The translations under genes were made by a program, and so were the position numbers. A stretch of 32,070 nucleotides of DNA from Ginglymostoma cirratum (taxonomy: Eukaryota): NCBI GenBank assembly GCA_024137785.1, contig JAHRHZ010000032.1, positions 4,676,604 to 4,708,673 on the forward strand, written 5' to 3'. Shown here piece after piece: positions 1 through 12,472 of the stretch. Positions within the stretch are counted from its first letter, which is position 1. Each line of letters opens with the position of its first letter. The notes beneath the pieces were generated by a model that made no database searches, was not told the origin of the DNA, and saw only the letters and a program-made list of their open reading frames with translations.

Positions 1-1459
1 TAAATGTCCGAATCATTCAGCATCAGCTCCCGGGTGATGAGGAAACTCTCAGACATAGACACGGACACACAGATAGCAAGAGCTGCAGATGCTGGAGTAA
101 GAGTTAATACAGCTGGACCTCTCCACCACATTCTGAAACAAACCTGTTGCCACAGCTCCTTTCTCAGTACCTGCCCACTGCAGCCTGCTCATACCCTAAG
201 GACTCCAAACAATGTTCAGACCATCCCAATTTGGACCAAACCACCACAACGGTTATCTAGTACATCCTGAGCCTCCAGGAAGGGTTTTCTCTGCGGGTCC
301 TCAGTTCAACGCTCACAGGCATGCACAGGCATTTTCTTTCACTACAGCCAGCCTTATCCCAGCTCAGAGCCTCTTTTCCCCCAGACCTGCAAAAGACCTC
401 TACTGTTTTTCATTCTGCACAGGATCTACACTGAAACACTGGGGGCTGTTTTTCATGAAGTTCCTGGATCTGTTGCCTCTGAAGTCAGAAATTTCTCTTG
501 CCTGACACCAACATTATTGCCCCAAATCAGCCCACTCTTCTCCCGCTATCAGGCTACAGTTGATCCGAGCTGTCTGACCTCTCAGGAGGGAGAGAACTGG
601 AGGAGACTCAATCACTTCCAGAAGGACAACAGGCCCTGGAACTTAACAAGACAACAAATGGGACCATTAGCTCCACAGAACTGAGTCTAACTGCAATGAC
701 TGCTAACTGGAATCAAAGTGAATCCTTACCTAAGACTAAGAGCCAGAGCCTGAGAACTGCGCCCATGTTACTGAGGATGATGCTGCCTCTCTGGTCACTT
801 GGAACTATTGGTTATTATGCAGGAAATTCAAGTCGCAGGGAGACTGATGCGTGTGTAGCGAGCACTGTGTCACATCACATTGACTGCTGCTCACAGACCG
901 AATGGAACAGCAAAACTAACCCTATCAGTGCCAGTATATTAGCTTCTGCCATGCATAACAATCTATGCTCCCCTTCATGCACAATCCTACACCAAAGTTT
1001 ACAAAAGATTAATGCAGTAGCATTTTGTTTTAAATTAACTGGTAGAATCACTCCAGCCTAACATAGCAAATTTCCTTAAACATTTGAAACAAGTACATCC
1101 ATGAACCACATGAATTTCAAAGAATGAATCTTGTCCAGAATTCAGGTAATACTGAGACAATATGCAGTTAGTTCATGAAATCCCTGAAAGCTGTGATTTG
1201 TTAGTGATGAATATCAAGCCTGAATATGAACCTTGGTCAGTATATGCAGGTTCTAATTTTATGAATACTTTCAGAACCATTTTCTGCCAGTTCCCCTCTG
1301 AACTTTTTTTCTCAACTCACTCATGCCGGTACCACTGGCAAGGCCTGCAGTTTTGTCGCATTGACAAAGTGATGGAAAGTCACCATCTTTAACTGCGGCA
1401 GTCATTGGAGAGTAGCTACACGCATGTTGGGGAAGGACTTTCCCCCAGTGACAGTGAAG

Positions 1460-2145
1460 CAGGGAAACCAAGCGGAGGCTTGGGGACCGCTTTGCAGAAC
1501 ACCTGCGCTCAGTTCGCAACAAACAACTGCACCTCCCAGTCGTGAACCATTTCAACTCCCCCTCCCATTCCTCAGATGACATGTCCATCCTGGGCCTCCT
1601 GCAATGCCACAGTGATGCCACCCGAAGGCTGCAGGAACAGCAAATCATATTCAGCCTGGGAACCCTGCAGCCCAATGGCATCAATGTGGATTTCACAAGC
1701 TTCAAAATCTCCCCTACCCCAACCGCATCCCAAAACCAGCCCAGCTCATCTCCACCTCCCTAACCTGTTTTTCCTCTCACCCCAAGCCACACCCCCATCT
1801 CCTATCTACTAACATCATCCCGCCCCCTTGACCTGTCCGTCCTCCCTGGACTGACCTATCTCCTCCCTACCCCCCTACCTACACTCACCTTTACTGGCTC
1901 CATCCCCGCCTCCTCGACTTGTCTGCCTCCTCTCCACCTATCCTCTCCTCTATCCATCCTCTATCCGCCTCCCCCTCTCTCCCTATTTATTTCAGAACCC
2001 TCTTCCCCTCCCCCATTTCTGATGAAGGGTTTAGGCCCGAAACGTCAAGTTTTCCTGCTCCTATGATGCTGCTTGATCTGCTGTGTTCATCCAGCCCCAT
2101 GCTTGTTATCTCGGATTCTCCAGCATCTGCAGTACCTTTGATCTC
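1460..2145 (+). mobile_element. 5'-truncated Penelope-like retroelement (GIY-YIG C-terminus plus 3' tail) with 11-bp target-site duplication
   Basis: Translates as (G)ETKRRLGDRFAEHLRSVRNKQLHLPVVNHFNSPSHS...RRLQEQQIIFSLGTLQPNGINVDF, a typical PLE GIY-YIG endonuclease end. A pyrimidine-rich tail follows. Flanked by TGACAGTGAAG at 1449-1459 and 2146-2156. Confidence 0.9.
2019..2046 (+). ncRNA. Minimal hammerhead ribozyme motif in the PLE tail
   Basis: CTGATGA-A-GGGT(TTAG)GCCC-GAAA-CGTC: both catalytic boxes, stem II and a palindromic ACGT mini stem III. Stem I pairing is poor in this copy. Confidence 0.7.
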
Positions 2146-2640
2146 TGACAGTGAAGGAATGGCAGGATAGTTTCAAATCAGGTGGTGTGTGGCTTGGAGG
2201 GGAATTTGCAGGAGATGCTCTTGTGCAATCACTGGCCTTGTTCTATTTGATAGAAATTATGGATTTAGAAGTCATGACCTAAAGAACCAAAGTAAGTTAT
2301 TCCAATATATCTTGTCAATGCTGCTTCTGTGGTGGAATGCTTAGGTTGTGGGTGGCCTGCCAATGAAGTAAGCAGCTTTTTCCTAGATGGTATTGAGCCA
2401 AATGTGCTTTGTTGGCGTTGCACCCACCTAAGTCGTGGGCAGGCTTTAGGGAGTCAGTAGATGAGTTATTTCCTGCAGGCTTTTCTGCCTCCGTTTTTGT
2501 AGCTACAGTATTTAGATGGTAGGTCCAGTTCAATTCTTGGTCAATGGTAACTTCACATAATGTCAATGCTACTCCAATCTCTATGAAGCCAATACTCTGA
2601 AAGACATGAACTGCGAGATGACCCTGACAAAACGAGTCAA
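2146..2640 (-). mobile_element. Old LINE (CR1/L2-like) 3' fragment hosting the PLE insertion; continues at ~1370-1459
   Basis: Similar to copies at 10240-11530 and 22405-22810. The minus frame has GV/EVTIDQELNWTYHLNTVATK, a LINE RT C-terminal motif. Confidence 0.65.
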
Positions 2641-3329
2641 TGGACAAGATTTCATTTTAGATCTTTTACTGAGTAATCAAATTTCAATTAATAGTTTCAG
2701 TGGGAAATAAGGTGAATTGTAAATAAATTATACAGGAAATATCAGCTATAACACCAGTAAGTCCTAGATTTATGTGGCAGTCGACACTTCGGGTTTAGCA
2801 CTAATTTGAACCATTAAGAACCTCAAAGTACTGAATCATATCAAATTGATTTCCAGCTCCCTTTGTTTCTAGCATTTTGTGTGATTCCCAGTTGATAGCA
2901 GATCCAAACCAATTGGAGTTCAATGGGTATAACACTGAACAAAATGGTTCGCATCTGTATAAACACTTCAACTCTGCTTATAATGGTCTTGATAGTGTGG
3001 ATCTATCAATGTTAGCTTCAAGTAAAAGAAACAGCTGCAGCAACTGCCAATTTCCCTATCCCAATTCCTGAATCCAGCCTCCCTCTCCTTTAGCACTTCT
3101 GAAGTCAGCATCTGAGCTCAGCTCTGCCTTGGCCCTTTTATTTGACTATATTCATTTTTAGTTTTTCTCAAAACCTTGGGTTACACTCTTCAGATATCAA
3201 ATTCCGGTTCCTATCCTCACCTTCAGTTCCTCCCCATTCTTCTGCCACCTTCAAAAAGACATTGATTTCAAATTAAACTTATTTTTCTTTTAAAGAGAAC
3301 ATGAGATTAAAATAAGGAGGAGAAGTGTA

Positions 3330-3430
3330 ATCAAAAACAGAAGTTGCTGGAAAAGCTCAGCAGGTCTGGCAGCATCTATGAAGAGGAATGAGAGTGAACA
3401 TTTCAGGTCTGGTGATCCGTCATCAGAAGG
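3330..3430 (-). repeat. PLE-derived short tail fragment with hammerhead-like core
   Basis: Reverse complement of 3396-3426 reads CTGATGA-CGGATCACCAGACCT-GAAA-TGTTC, followed by the gatgctgccagacctgctgagc tail. Confidence 0.65.
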
Positions 3431-3944
3431 TTTTTAACAGATCAGTAAAGTTAGATTTTTAATCAGAATTTCAGTGAAAGATGGTTCTTGCAATTTTTCC
3501 AGGATTTCCATAGGTTCTGCACTACAGTTGTGGTAATAAATGTTTAAACACTTTTACACAAAAAAACCCCTCATTTTGTATCCTCTATAGTAAAAACCGA
3601 TGCAAAATACCCTTTCAACTCACCTGCCATGAATTGATTTTCACCTGATAATTTTTAAGACTTACTTATTAGAGTATCAATGTTCACTTTGCTAACCTTA
3701 TTTTAAGTATTCATACTTCTGGCTAGCTATCTCTTGTATTCTAACTTCTTGTTTCTTATTAATTTAACCATTCAAAGCTATTTCTTTCCAAGATTCTGAC
3801 CTGCCATCCATTTTGTACAATTATATAGTTTTTGAAGTTTAATACTACCTTTAACCTTTCTAGTTAATCTTAGAAAGTGAGTCCATCCCTTGGAATTGTT
3901 CTTACTCATTCGCATGCATCTGGTCCGTGTATCCGTAAATATCC

Positions 3945-4225
3945 CATAGAAACAAAGAAATGTAGAAAACTGGAGCAGGAGTCAGCCATTTGGCCTTCAA
4001 ACATGCTCCACCATTCAATAGCATCATGGTTGATCACTCAACTTTGTCACCTGTTCCTGCTTTTTCCACATAACCCTTAAACCCTATAGCTCTAAGAACT
4101 ATTCTAACTCAATTCTGAAAACATTCAATATTTTGTTCTCACCTGCTTTCTGTGGCATAGAATTCCACAGGCTCACCACTCTGTGAAAAAACTTCTCCCC
4201 ATCTCAAACCTGAATGGCCAACTCA
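3945..4225 (-). mobile_element. CR1-type LINE 3' end
   Basis: catagaaac...ggagcaggagtcagccatt... is the reverse complement of a CR1 3' UTR with its short terminal repeats. Same family as 25712 and 31920. Confidence 0.7.
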
Positions 4226-4324
4226 GTATCCTCAAAAATGGCCAATGACAACATCATTATCTTATGTGATCAGACTCTTAATGTGACAGTCCACATATGG
4301 ATTGCTTGTAGTCCATTCATTTGA

Positions 4325-4520
4325 CAACGGTAATGTAGAGAGCCCATCAGCTTTCCCATGTAAGTTGAATTGCTGATACCTAATTGTATAAGTGTAAGCT
4401 GATAACAGCAATACCCATATTCACATCCAGCTCATTGTGAGAGAAGGCATTGCTGCTCGAGTCCTAAATGTTATTCTCGCTGGCCTGTGGTCTGTTAGTA
4501 GATTAAGTCCTAGCCATACA
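4325..4520 (-). mobile_element. Ty3/Gypsy pol RNase H fossil
   Basis: Minus frame LLTDHRPARITF...PSLTMSWM*IWVLLLSAYTYTIRYQQFNLHGKADGLSTLPL matches the Gypsy motif TDHKPL..RW.L.LS.Y.Y.I.Y..G..H..AD.LSRLP. Confidence 0.8.
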
Positions 4521-4609
4521 TGAATCATTTAATACCAAAAATGATTTCTAGACCTTCTTTCTCTTTTCCTGCTTAGTTAGTTTCTGCTCTGTTTAACAAT
4601 GAACACTGA

Positions 4610-7600
4610 AGAAAGTTAGGATCTGCGCCATTGGGATTGCATACACCTGAAGCATGCTGGGATAGGTGTTCTGGCAAGGAGCATAGCTGGGGAGTAGAGA
4701 CAAGTGATAATAAAGGCAAGAATTCACTTATGGAAGTGATTTATAGCGCCCCTAACTAAAACAAAATGGCAGGACAGAATTTAAAGCAAGGTACAGCAAT
4801 AATCATGGGTGATTTTAGCTTATATGTAGATTGGAAAATTCAGATGGGCAATGTTAGTTTTGATGTGGAGTCCATACAATGCTTTCAGGATAATTTCTTA
4901 GAACAGTATATTTTACAGCCAACAAGAAAGCGGACTGAAGTAGACTTGATATTATGCAAAGAGATAAGATTAATTAATGACCTCATGGTGAAGGCACCAA
5001 CTAGGTAACAGCAACAGAATATGATTGAATTTTACATTCAGTTTGAGGGGGAGAAGGGTAGATCCATAAATAATATTTTAAACTTAAATGAAGGCAATTA
5101 TGAAGGCATAAAAGCAGAGTGAAAACTGGCAAAAAAAGTTAAGAAATGCAGTAGCAGACATTTAACAGTTTATTTCAGAAAGAACAAAGCAAAAAGTTTC
5201 AAACAAGGAAGAAAAACTCAGGAAGGGACTCATAGAGTTAGTTATACAGCACAGAACGAAACCCTCCAGTCCAAATCACCCATGGCAACCAGGCATCCCA
5301 ATCTGACGTAGTCCCATTTGCCAGTATTTGGCCCATATCACTCTAAACCCTTCCTATACATATAACTATCTAGATTCATTTTAAATATTGTAATTGTACC
5401 CACTTCCATCACTTCCTCTAACAGCTTGTTCCAGACATGCACCATCAACTGCGTGAAACAAAAAGAGCTTCAGGTCCTTTTTAAATCTTTCCCCTCTCAC
5501 TTTAAACCTATGTTCTGTGGTTTTGGACTCCTCCACGCTTGAAAAAAGATGTTGCTTATTCACCCTATCCATGCCCCTCATGATTTTATAAACCTACATA
5601 AGGTCACTCCTCAGCCTCCAATTCTCCAGGGAAAAATCCCCAGCCTATTCAGCCTCTCCCTTTAGCTCACACCCTCCAGTCGCAGCATCATCTTTGCAAA
5701 TCTTTTTTGCACCCTCTCGAGCTTAACCAACACCTTTCCCATAGAAGGGCAAACACAATTGTACACAGTATTCCTAAAGTAGCCCCAACACGACATCCCA
5801 ACTCCTATACTCAATGTACTGACCAAAGAAGGCAAACATGCCAAATGTCTTCTTGTCCACCTGTGATTCCACTTTCAAGGAACTGTGCGCTTGCACCCCT
5901 AGGTCTCTTCGTTCAGCAGCACTCCCCAGGGCCCTACCATTAAGTGTAAAAGTCCTGCCCTGGTTTGCCTTACCAAAATGTAACACATTATATTTACATA
6001 AATTAAACTCCATCTGCCACTCCTCGGCCCATTCGCCCATCTGATCAAGGCCATCATCCATGATAAACTAAAGATGGTGAAGAGAGCATCACACTCAAAG
6101 AAAAAGCATATAATTGTGCAACAGTAGATGGCAGGTCAGAAAATTATATAGAATACAATAAAGCAGCAAAGAATGACTAAAAGTTAATAAGGGAAACATT
6201 AACAGTATGAGACAGCTAGCTAGAAATATAAAATCAGATGATAGAAGCTTTTATAGATGTTTAATAATGAAAGAGTTGAGTGCTGGTCCAAAAGAAAGTG
6301 AGACTGGAGAACTAACAAGGCAAAAGTCAAAACACAGAATTGGCAGTAAATCAGGAAGTGGAAGAAAGGAACACAAAAACATCACAATTTATCAGGGAGG
6401 TAGTACGAAGCAAATCTTTGGAGTTGTAGGCTCACAGTCCTTGGGACTTGATAGACATAATTCTGGAGTCTTAAAAGAAGTGAGATGTGAGATAGTTGAC
6501 ATATTGGTTTTAATTATGCAACCTTCTCAAGATTCAGGTAAGGTACTGTTAGATTCGAAACTAGTAAATGTAACACCTTTATTCACAAACAGAGGGAGTC
6601 AAAAATTAAGAAATTATAGTTAGCCTACATCTGTCATAGAGAAAATGGTAGAAGCTATTATTAATGACACCATAGCAAAGCACTAGAGGCAATTAAACAG
6701 ATTCAACATCAGTCTGTGCAAGGAAATTATGTTTAACTAATTTATTTGAAGTATTTTTAAGGCTTTACATTTGCTGTGTGCAAAGGTGAATTGTTCGAAG
6801 TACTGTATTTAGATTTTGGGAGGATTTTTTGTAAGGTCACATCTCCAAGATTATTTTGGAAAATAAAGTTTACAGCGTGAGGGGTAACATAAAAGGTGTG
6901 GATAGAAGATTGATTAGCTAACATGAACGAGAGAGTAGTCATAAATAGATTTTTTTGAGTAAGCTGTAATGAGCAGTATACGACAGAGGTCAGTGCTGGG
7001 ACCTTAACTGTTTACAATTTATATAACTGACTTGGATGATGGTGTGATTAAATTTGATGATGACCCAAAGAATGTTTGGAAAGTGAGTTTTGAGGTGAAA
7101 TTAATTAGGTTACGAGGAGATATATAGAAAGTGGGTAGTAATTTGGCGAAGTATAATGTGGGAAAATATGAAATTGTCCATCTTGGCAGGAATAATTAAG
7201 ATGGGTCTGATATAGAGTCATACTGGGTTCAAAGTGTTAACTCTTTTTTTTTCTCCATAGATGCAGGCAGAGCTGCTGAGTGTCTCAAGTACTGTTTTGT
7301 TGTTTATAATAAAACTGGATATTGTCTAACTGATGAGAAATTTCAAAGCTCTGAGATAAAAAAGTGTTTTGAGTGTCTTAGAACATTAGTATGCTCTACG
7401 TAATTAGGAAAGCTGACACTCTTATTGTTTATTGTAAGGAGAATTGAATGCAGATTTAGGTGGCTATGCTTCAGTTATATAGGGTATTGTGAAACCACAT
7501 TGCAGTACAGTGTACAGTATTAATCTCCTTATTTAAGGATGGATGTAAATGTGTTGAAGGAATTCAGACATTAAATGAACTCATCCCTAAATGGGCAGGT

Positions 7601-7990
7601 TGCTTTCAATGAGAGGTTCAACAGATGAAACTTATATTCTCTGGAATTTAAAAGTGTAAGTTGTGATATTCTTGAAACATAGGTCCTGATAGGATGGATG
7701 TGGAAAAGATGTTTCTTCTTGTGACAGAATCCACAACCAGGGGCCATTGTTTCAAAATAAGGAGTCATTCTTTTAGAGGCAGAGATTAAGAAAAATACTT
7801 TCTCACAAAGGGTCATGAGTCTTTGCAACTCTCCACGTCATTAGGTGGTGGAAGTAGATTCTTTGAATGTTTTAAATGCAGACATAGCTAAATTCTTGAA
7901 AAGCAAGGGAATGAAAAGTTATCAGTGTAGGCATGCTGATAAAGTAATCAGATCAGCCATAATCTTATTGAATGGCAGAGGAGGCTTTCA
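4610..7990 (+). mobile_element. Old, heavily decayed CR1 LINE (end of ORF1, APE endonuclease, RT, 3' UTR) interrupted by younger insertions
   Basis: IIMGDFS...FLEQYILQPTR...DLILC (APE), GLD...LKEV..EIVD.L...K.VNVTPLF...NY (RT N-terminus), CR1-like 3' end near 7950-7990. Many stops and frameshifts. Confidence 0.85.
5231..6050 (-). mobile_element. 5'-truncated CR1 LINE nested in the older CR1
   Basis: Minus ORFs LDQMGEWAEEWQMEFNLCKYNVLHFG...RDLGVQ, LERVQKRFAKM, MRGMDRVN. 3' terminus near 5231. Confidence 0.9.
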
Positions 7991-8039
7991 GTATCCAGGG
8001 CCGTACACCTGAAATGTATCTTCATATAATGGTACTATT

Positions 8040-8545
8040 TCCAAGTCAAGAGTCACCAGGTTCCATCAACCAATATTTTCTATTGATCAAGAAAATTACA
8101 TTTGATTGTTTTGATACAAACTCATTAAAGTTCTTTCAAACATTGTGCAATACAATTACAGATTCCCCAGAACTTTCAAAATTACAAATCTTCCTTGCTT
8201 CTGGACCAAAGATTGTGATACAATTCTCTGCATTTTGGGTGCTTTTTATAGTTGGTTAAAGTTTCATATGTCAATAAGGAGTGATAAGATAAATGATGAA
8301 GTATTATTATTCCTGCCTCCTGGTTTCTGCCAAATCCAGTTTCTCACAAACCTAGGAGAAGGAACAGAAGCTCAAGTGGTTGAAGAGGGAAGAGCAGGAA
8401 AAGAAAACAGCTCTTAGCAGGAGGCTATAACTTATAGGGGTTTTTGTAAAGTATAAGCATGACATCCAAGATCCATTTAGATTTCAAATTTTCCAAGATT
8501 TTGGGTTATGCTTCAAAATGCCCTACAAGATGAAGCTGCTTGTCT
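8040..8545 (-). mobile_element. Possible Ty3/Gypsy gag fossil
   Basis: Minus frame IFGPEARKICNFE...VLHNV*KNFNEFVSKQSNVIF...MEPGDS resembles Gypsy gag G.EA..I...F..YF.PK.NVIFER..F...Q.PGES. Confidence 0.5.
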
Positions 8546-8999
8546 GTAAAAGGACGTGCTGACCAGCCAGCAATGTCCATGCCCCATGAGTGAATTTAAA
8601 AAAAATTATTTCCATGCTTCTATTTTGATGACCATTCATGAAAACTCATATAAAGCAAATTTAATTAGTTGAGGCTCTGGGGAGTTCCTACATTGCCAAA
8701 ATGAAGTGCAATACTCTGCTGTATTGCCGGCTTAAGCTTTCACTTGTTACTATCTAGCTTATGCTGCAAAGATCCCCTGCGGCTGTTTGAAAGGAGTCTG
8801 GCCTATAGAAAGCCAATGATCATGATGACCTTCACAATTACTGTTCTGGTGCACCTGTAAAAGTGGACGGTTATTGAATGGATAGTACATATCATGAGTG
8901 GCTTCCAGTGACTCTGGTTTTAGGTCCATTACAGTTTTTAAACAGAATGAGTTGTGGTATTATACCTGTATTTTATCTGCCTGAAATTTATGACCAAGA

Positions 9000-9750
9000 T
9001 TTGAGATATCTGCACTTCACTAGAGAGATTTTCACTGAAATCTACCAACAGTTGCAGCCACAAAATGTTCAGAGCAGGGCAGGGACTGCATTGTAACTGT
9101 TCTGGTTGAGTAGTGAGCAGTGTGTGTAAGCTATGAACTATGTGTTTGAGATGTGCAACAGTGGTGACTATGAGTGGTATGGTAGCTCAGTGGTTAGCAT
9201 TCCTGCCTCACAGCAACAGGGACCCAGGTTCAATTCTACCATTGGGTGGCTGTCAGTTTGCTCTGGTTTCCTTCCTCCAGTCCAAAGATGTGTAGGTTAG
9301 GTAGATTGAGTATGCTTAAGTTGCCCATCATATCCAGGGGTGTGTGGATTAGACATGGGGGATGGGGATGGGTCTGGGTGGGATGCTCTTTGGAGGGGCA
9401 CTGTGGACTTGTTGGGCAGAATGGCCTGTTTCCACTCTGTAGGGACCCTATGATTTTATTCTATGCGAGGGTGGGATGAAACATGTAAATATGGACTATT
9501 TAGGTGAGTAATGGGGGCATGGAATTTTGTATCAGAACAAAGTCACTGATCTTGAACACCTTTCTCAAATCATTAAATGCTTTTTAGCACAGCACCAAGG
9601 GCTTTGGGATTGACTCCTGCTATTGACCTCCATGTCTATCAATTCCAACTGCCTTCTCATCTAGTGTCTGGAAGTCCTCCTGATGCTCTGAAAGCACAGG
9701 AAAGCTCAGTGAGGCTTCAGAAAACCAGGATGCCCATTCCCTTTCTTCAT
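9000..9750. mobile_element. PIF/Harbinger DNA transposon fossil with convergent transposase (+, ~9000-9096) and Myb/SANT (-, ~9545-9750) remnants
   Basis: Plus strand RYLHFTREIFTEIYQQLQPQNVQSRAGTAL resembles a HARBI1-like N-terminus. Minus strand PGFSEASL...MRRQLELIDMEVNSRSQSQSPW.../KAFNDLRK resembles a Myb/SANT-like domain. Confidence 0.55.
9173..9464 (+). mobile_element. tRNA-derived SINE (HE1-like)
   Basis: Pol III A box TAGCTCAGTGG (9183-9193) and B box GGTTCAATTC (9227-9236), V-SINE-like core and CR1-like 3' tail. Confidence 0.85.
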
Positions 9751-10239
9751 CTGCAATTTCTTTTCCCTTAGTTCATAATTCGAAACAACTTCCAACTCCT
9801 GTTCAATGCAAGTCACAATGCAGCCTTTAAGTAAAGCAAATCATTAATGATAATTTGGCCTCTCAGTGAACAGCACAGTAAATGCTGGCTGCATACTCAA
9901 TCTTTGATGTTGGCATGCTGCCTACATTTTGACTCAATGGACACTGCGATCCCATCAACCAAACCAATGTTTTGGGATGAAACTGAAGATTTCAAGGAAG
10001 TTTTCAAATTGCTAAAAGTGATGTATTAGTTTCCATTTTGTCAATTCCTCAATTTAGATGAAAGCAATTTAAGTCAGTGGGAAAATAGCAGATCACACAT
10101 TTTTAGCAAACAGTTGACGAATCCATTCAATGATACCAGCTGCTGATCAGAACCTTACTAATTCAAAATATTTTGAATAGGATTGCACACCATCATAGAT
10201 GTTGTATGAGGGGGTGTGAGTGGAAATTTTGTCAGCATT

Positions 10240-11530
10240 ATTATTTTTCTACTCACTCAAGGCATGTGGCCTTGCTGGCTGACCAGCATTTCTTGCCCAT
10301 CCCGAGTTGCCCACAAGATGGTGGTAGTGAGTTCCCTTCTTGAACTGCGGCTGGCCACCGAATGCAGGTGCACCCATAATGATGCCTGGATTTCGACCCA
10401 TTGACACTGAAGGAATGGTGATACGTCTCCAAGTTAGAGTGGCAAGTGAGATAACAAGGTGTAGAGCTGGATAAACACAGCAGGCCAAGCAGCATCATAG
10501 GAGCAGGAAAGCTGACATTTCGGGCCTAGACCTTTCTTCAGAGATGGGGGAGGGGAAGGGGGTTCTGAAATAAATAGGGAGAGAGGGGGAGGCGGATAGA
10601 AGATGGATAGAGGAGAGGATAGGTGGAGAGGAGACAGACAAGTCGAAGAGGCGGGGATGGAGCCAGTAAAGGTGAGTGTAGGTGGGGAGGTAGGGAGGAG
10701 TTAGGTCAGTCCAGGGAGGATGGACAGGTCAAGGGGGCGGGATGAGGTTAGTAGGTAGGAGATGGGGGTGGGGCTTGAGGTGGGAGGAGGGGATAGGTGG
10801 GAGGAAGGACAGGTTAGGGAGGTGGAGACGAGCTGGGCTGATTTTGGGATGCGGTAGGGGGAGGGGAGATTTTGAAGCTTATGACTTGGAGGGCAATTTG
10901 CAATTGGTGGTGTTCCCATGTGTGTGCCGCCCTTGCCCTTTTAGGTAGTTGGGTTGTGGGTATGGAAAGTACTGCTTAGGGAGCCTTGGTGGATTTCTGA
11001 AGTACATCTTGTAGATGGTACACTGCTACTGGGCGTCGGTGGTGAAGGGAGCGAATGTTTGAGGATTTGGTGTGAATTAAGCAGGCGGCTTTGTTCTGGG
11101 TAATATCAAATCTTGAGTGTTGTTGGAGGGCTATTATCCAGACAAATGGAAAATAATTTTCCTGACCTGTGCCTTGTAGGCTGCATGCAGGCTTTGAGAG
11201 TCAGAAAGTGATCCACTGTTAGAGTCACACAAGTCTACAACACAATAAAAGGCCCTTCAGCCCATTGAGTCTGCGCCAGTCAAAAACATCCATCTATTCT
11301 AATCCCGTTTTTCAGCACTTGGCCTGTATCCTTGTATGTCTTGGTATCACAAGTGTAATATATAGCCTTAGCATTTATAATCCAGTTCAGTTTTTGGTCA
11401 ATGGGAATTCTCGAGTGTTGACAGTAGGAGAATTAGCAACAGGAACGCCATTGAGAATTAGCGATAGTAATGCCATTGAATATCAAAGGACGATAATTAG
11501 ATTCTCTCTTGTTAGAGATGGCCCTTGCCT
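10240..11530 (-). mobile_element. LINE 3' fragment (same family as 2146-2640 and 22405-22810) with a nested PLE and a short CR1 tail (~11220-11355)
   Basis: Shared motif gaccagcattt..gcccatccc..gttgccc...ggtggtagtgag. The sequence resumes after the insertion at gacttggaggg. Confidence 0.7.
10448..10884 (-). mobile_element. Penelope-like element 3' fragment, close copy of 1697-2112 in the opposite orientation, with hammerhead motif at 10514-10541
   Basis: Direct comparison with the element at 1460-2145. Reverse complement reads CTGAAGA-AAGGTCTAGGCCC-GAAA-TGTC. Confidence 0.85.
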
Positions 11531-12472
11531 GGCATTTGAGAAGCCTCTTGTCCTGTATCCTTGCACCTGAAACAAGTGCATTTCTGGCATTCTGTGCAAA
11601 AGAATATCTGACTTAAAATAAAGGGCAGTTTTGTTTGAGAGAATTGAACTAAATGTTATGGGTTTGCACAATTATCGCTTAATATTCAACTCCCCTTTTA
11701 ACAAACTATCTCTTTCGTTTTCCCTAAGATATTATCCTATTGTGCCAGTTCACACCAAGAAGTGGGCACTTTCATGTTTGAGAAATTCATGGAGGAAATT
11801 GAACAGGAGTTTCCCACATGCGATAACTTTCCAAGTACTTTTTGTCCTCCAAAATGTTGGATATTGCTGTTTTAAATTTGAAAAACATTGTACACTTTTA
11901 GGGCTCCTAATGAGGAATGTTTATTTATAAAGTTTTCACATTCATTTATGGTTTGCCAAGTTCATGTTTTTATTTTCTCATGCATGGCATTTTGAGAAAC
12001 AACCTGTGTTACTTAGCATGCCCCAATTAGACAAATTCTGGTCAAACCTCATCTGAGAGAGAAGTAGTCAGTCCGGTTTTGATTTACCGAATTTATGTTT
12101 CAACAAATTACTCTGAACTGAGTTGCACTTGTTGCCTGATATTAATATCAAGTTACTTACCTTTAGCATGTTCTCATTTTCAAAATGCTGCTAAGTGCAT
12201 TTGCTAAGTTCCCATTGAGCTTGATATCTAGTTTTTGAATTGAGATGCTGGAGTAACCTTACCTTGCAGAGTTAGCCAAGTGTCAGAATTTGGCAGACGG
12301 CCATCTGATTTTCCCTGATCAATCTCTCAAGGAAGTTTTGACCCAGTTATTTTCTCTTTGAATATTCCATAAATGTTTTACGGAAAATTAAAAATTTGAA
12401 GGTACCAAAGGCAGGTATTTCAAGCATATAACAAGATTAGATTTAATGTTGTCAATATGGATCTCTTGATAG

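Noticed and set aside
4-1392. Short ORFs at the window start
   Set aside because: No recognisable domain or consistent splice structure.
9173-9245. tRNA gene
   Set aside because: The A and B boxes are the head of a SINE; there is no cloverleaf and the sequence continues into the SINE body.
12150-12310. Two minus-strand strong donors (GTAAGG, GTAAGT) suggesting small cytoplasmic exons
   Set aside because: Acceptors are poor and the phases cannot be joined without a stop.
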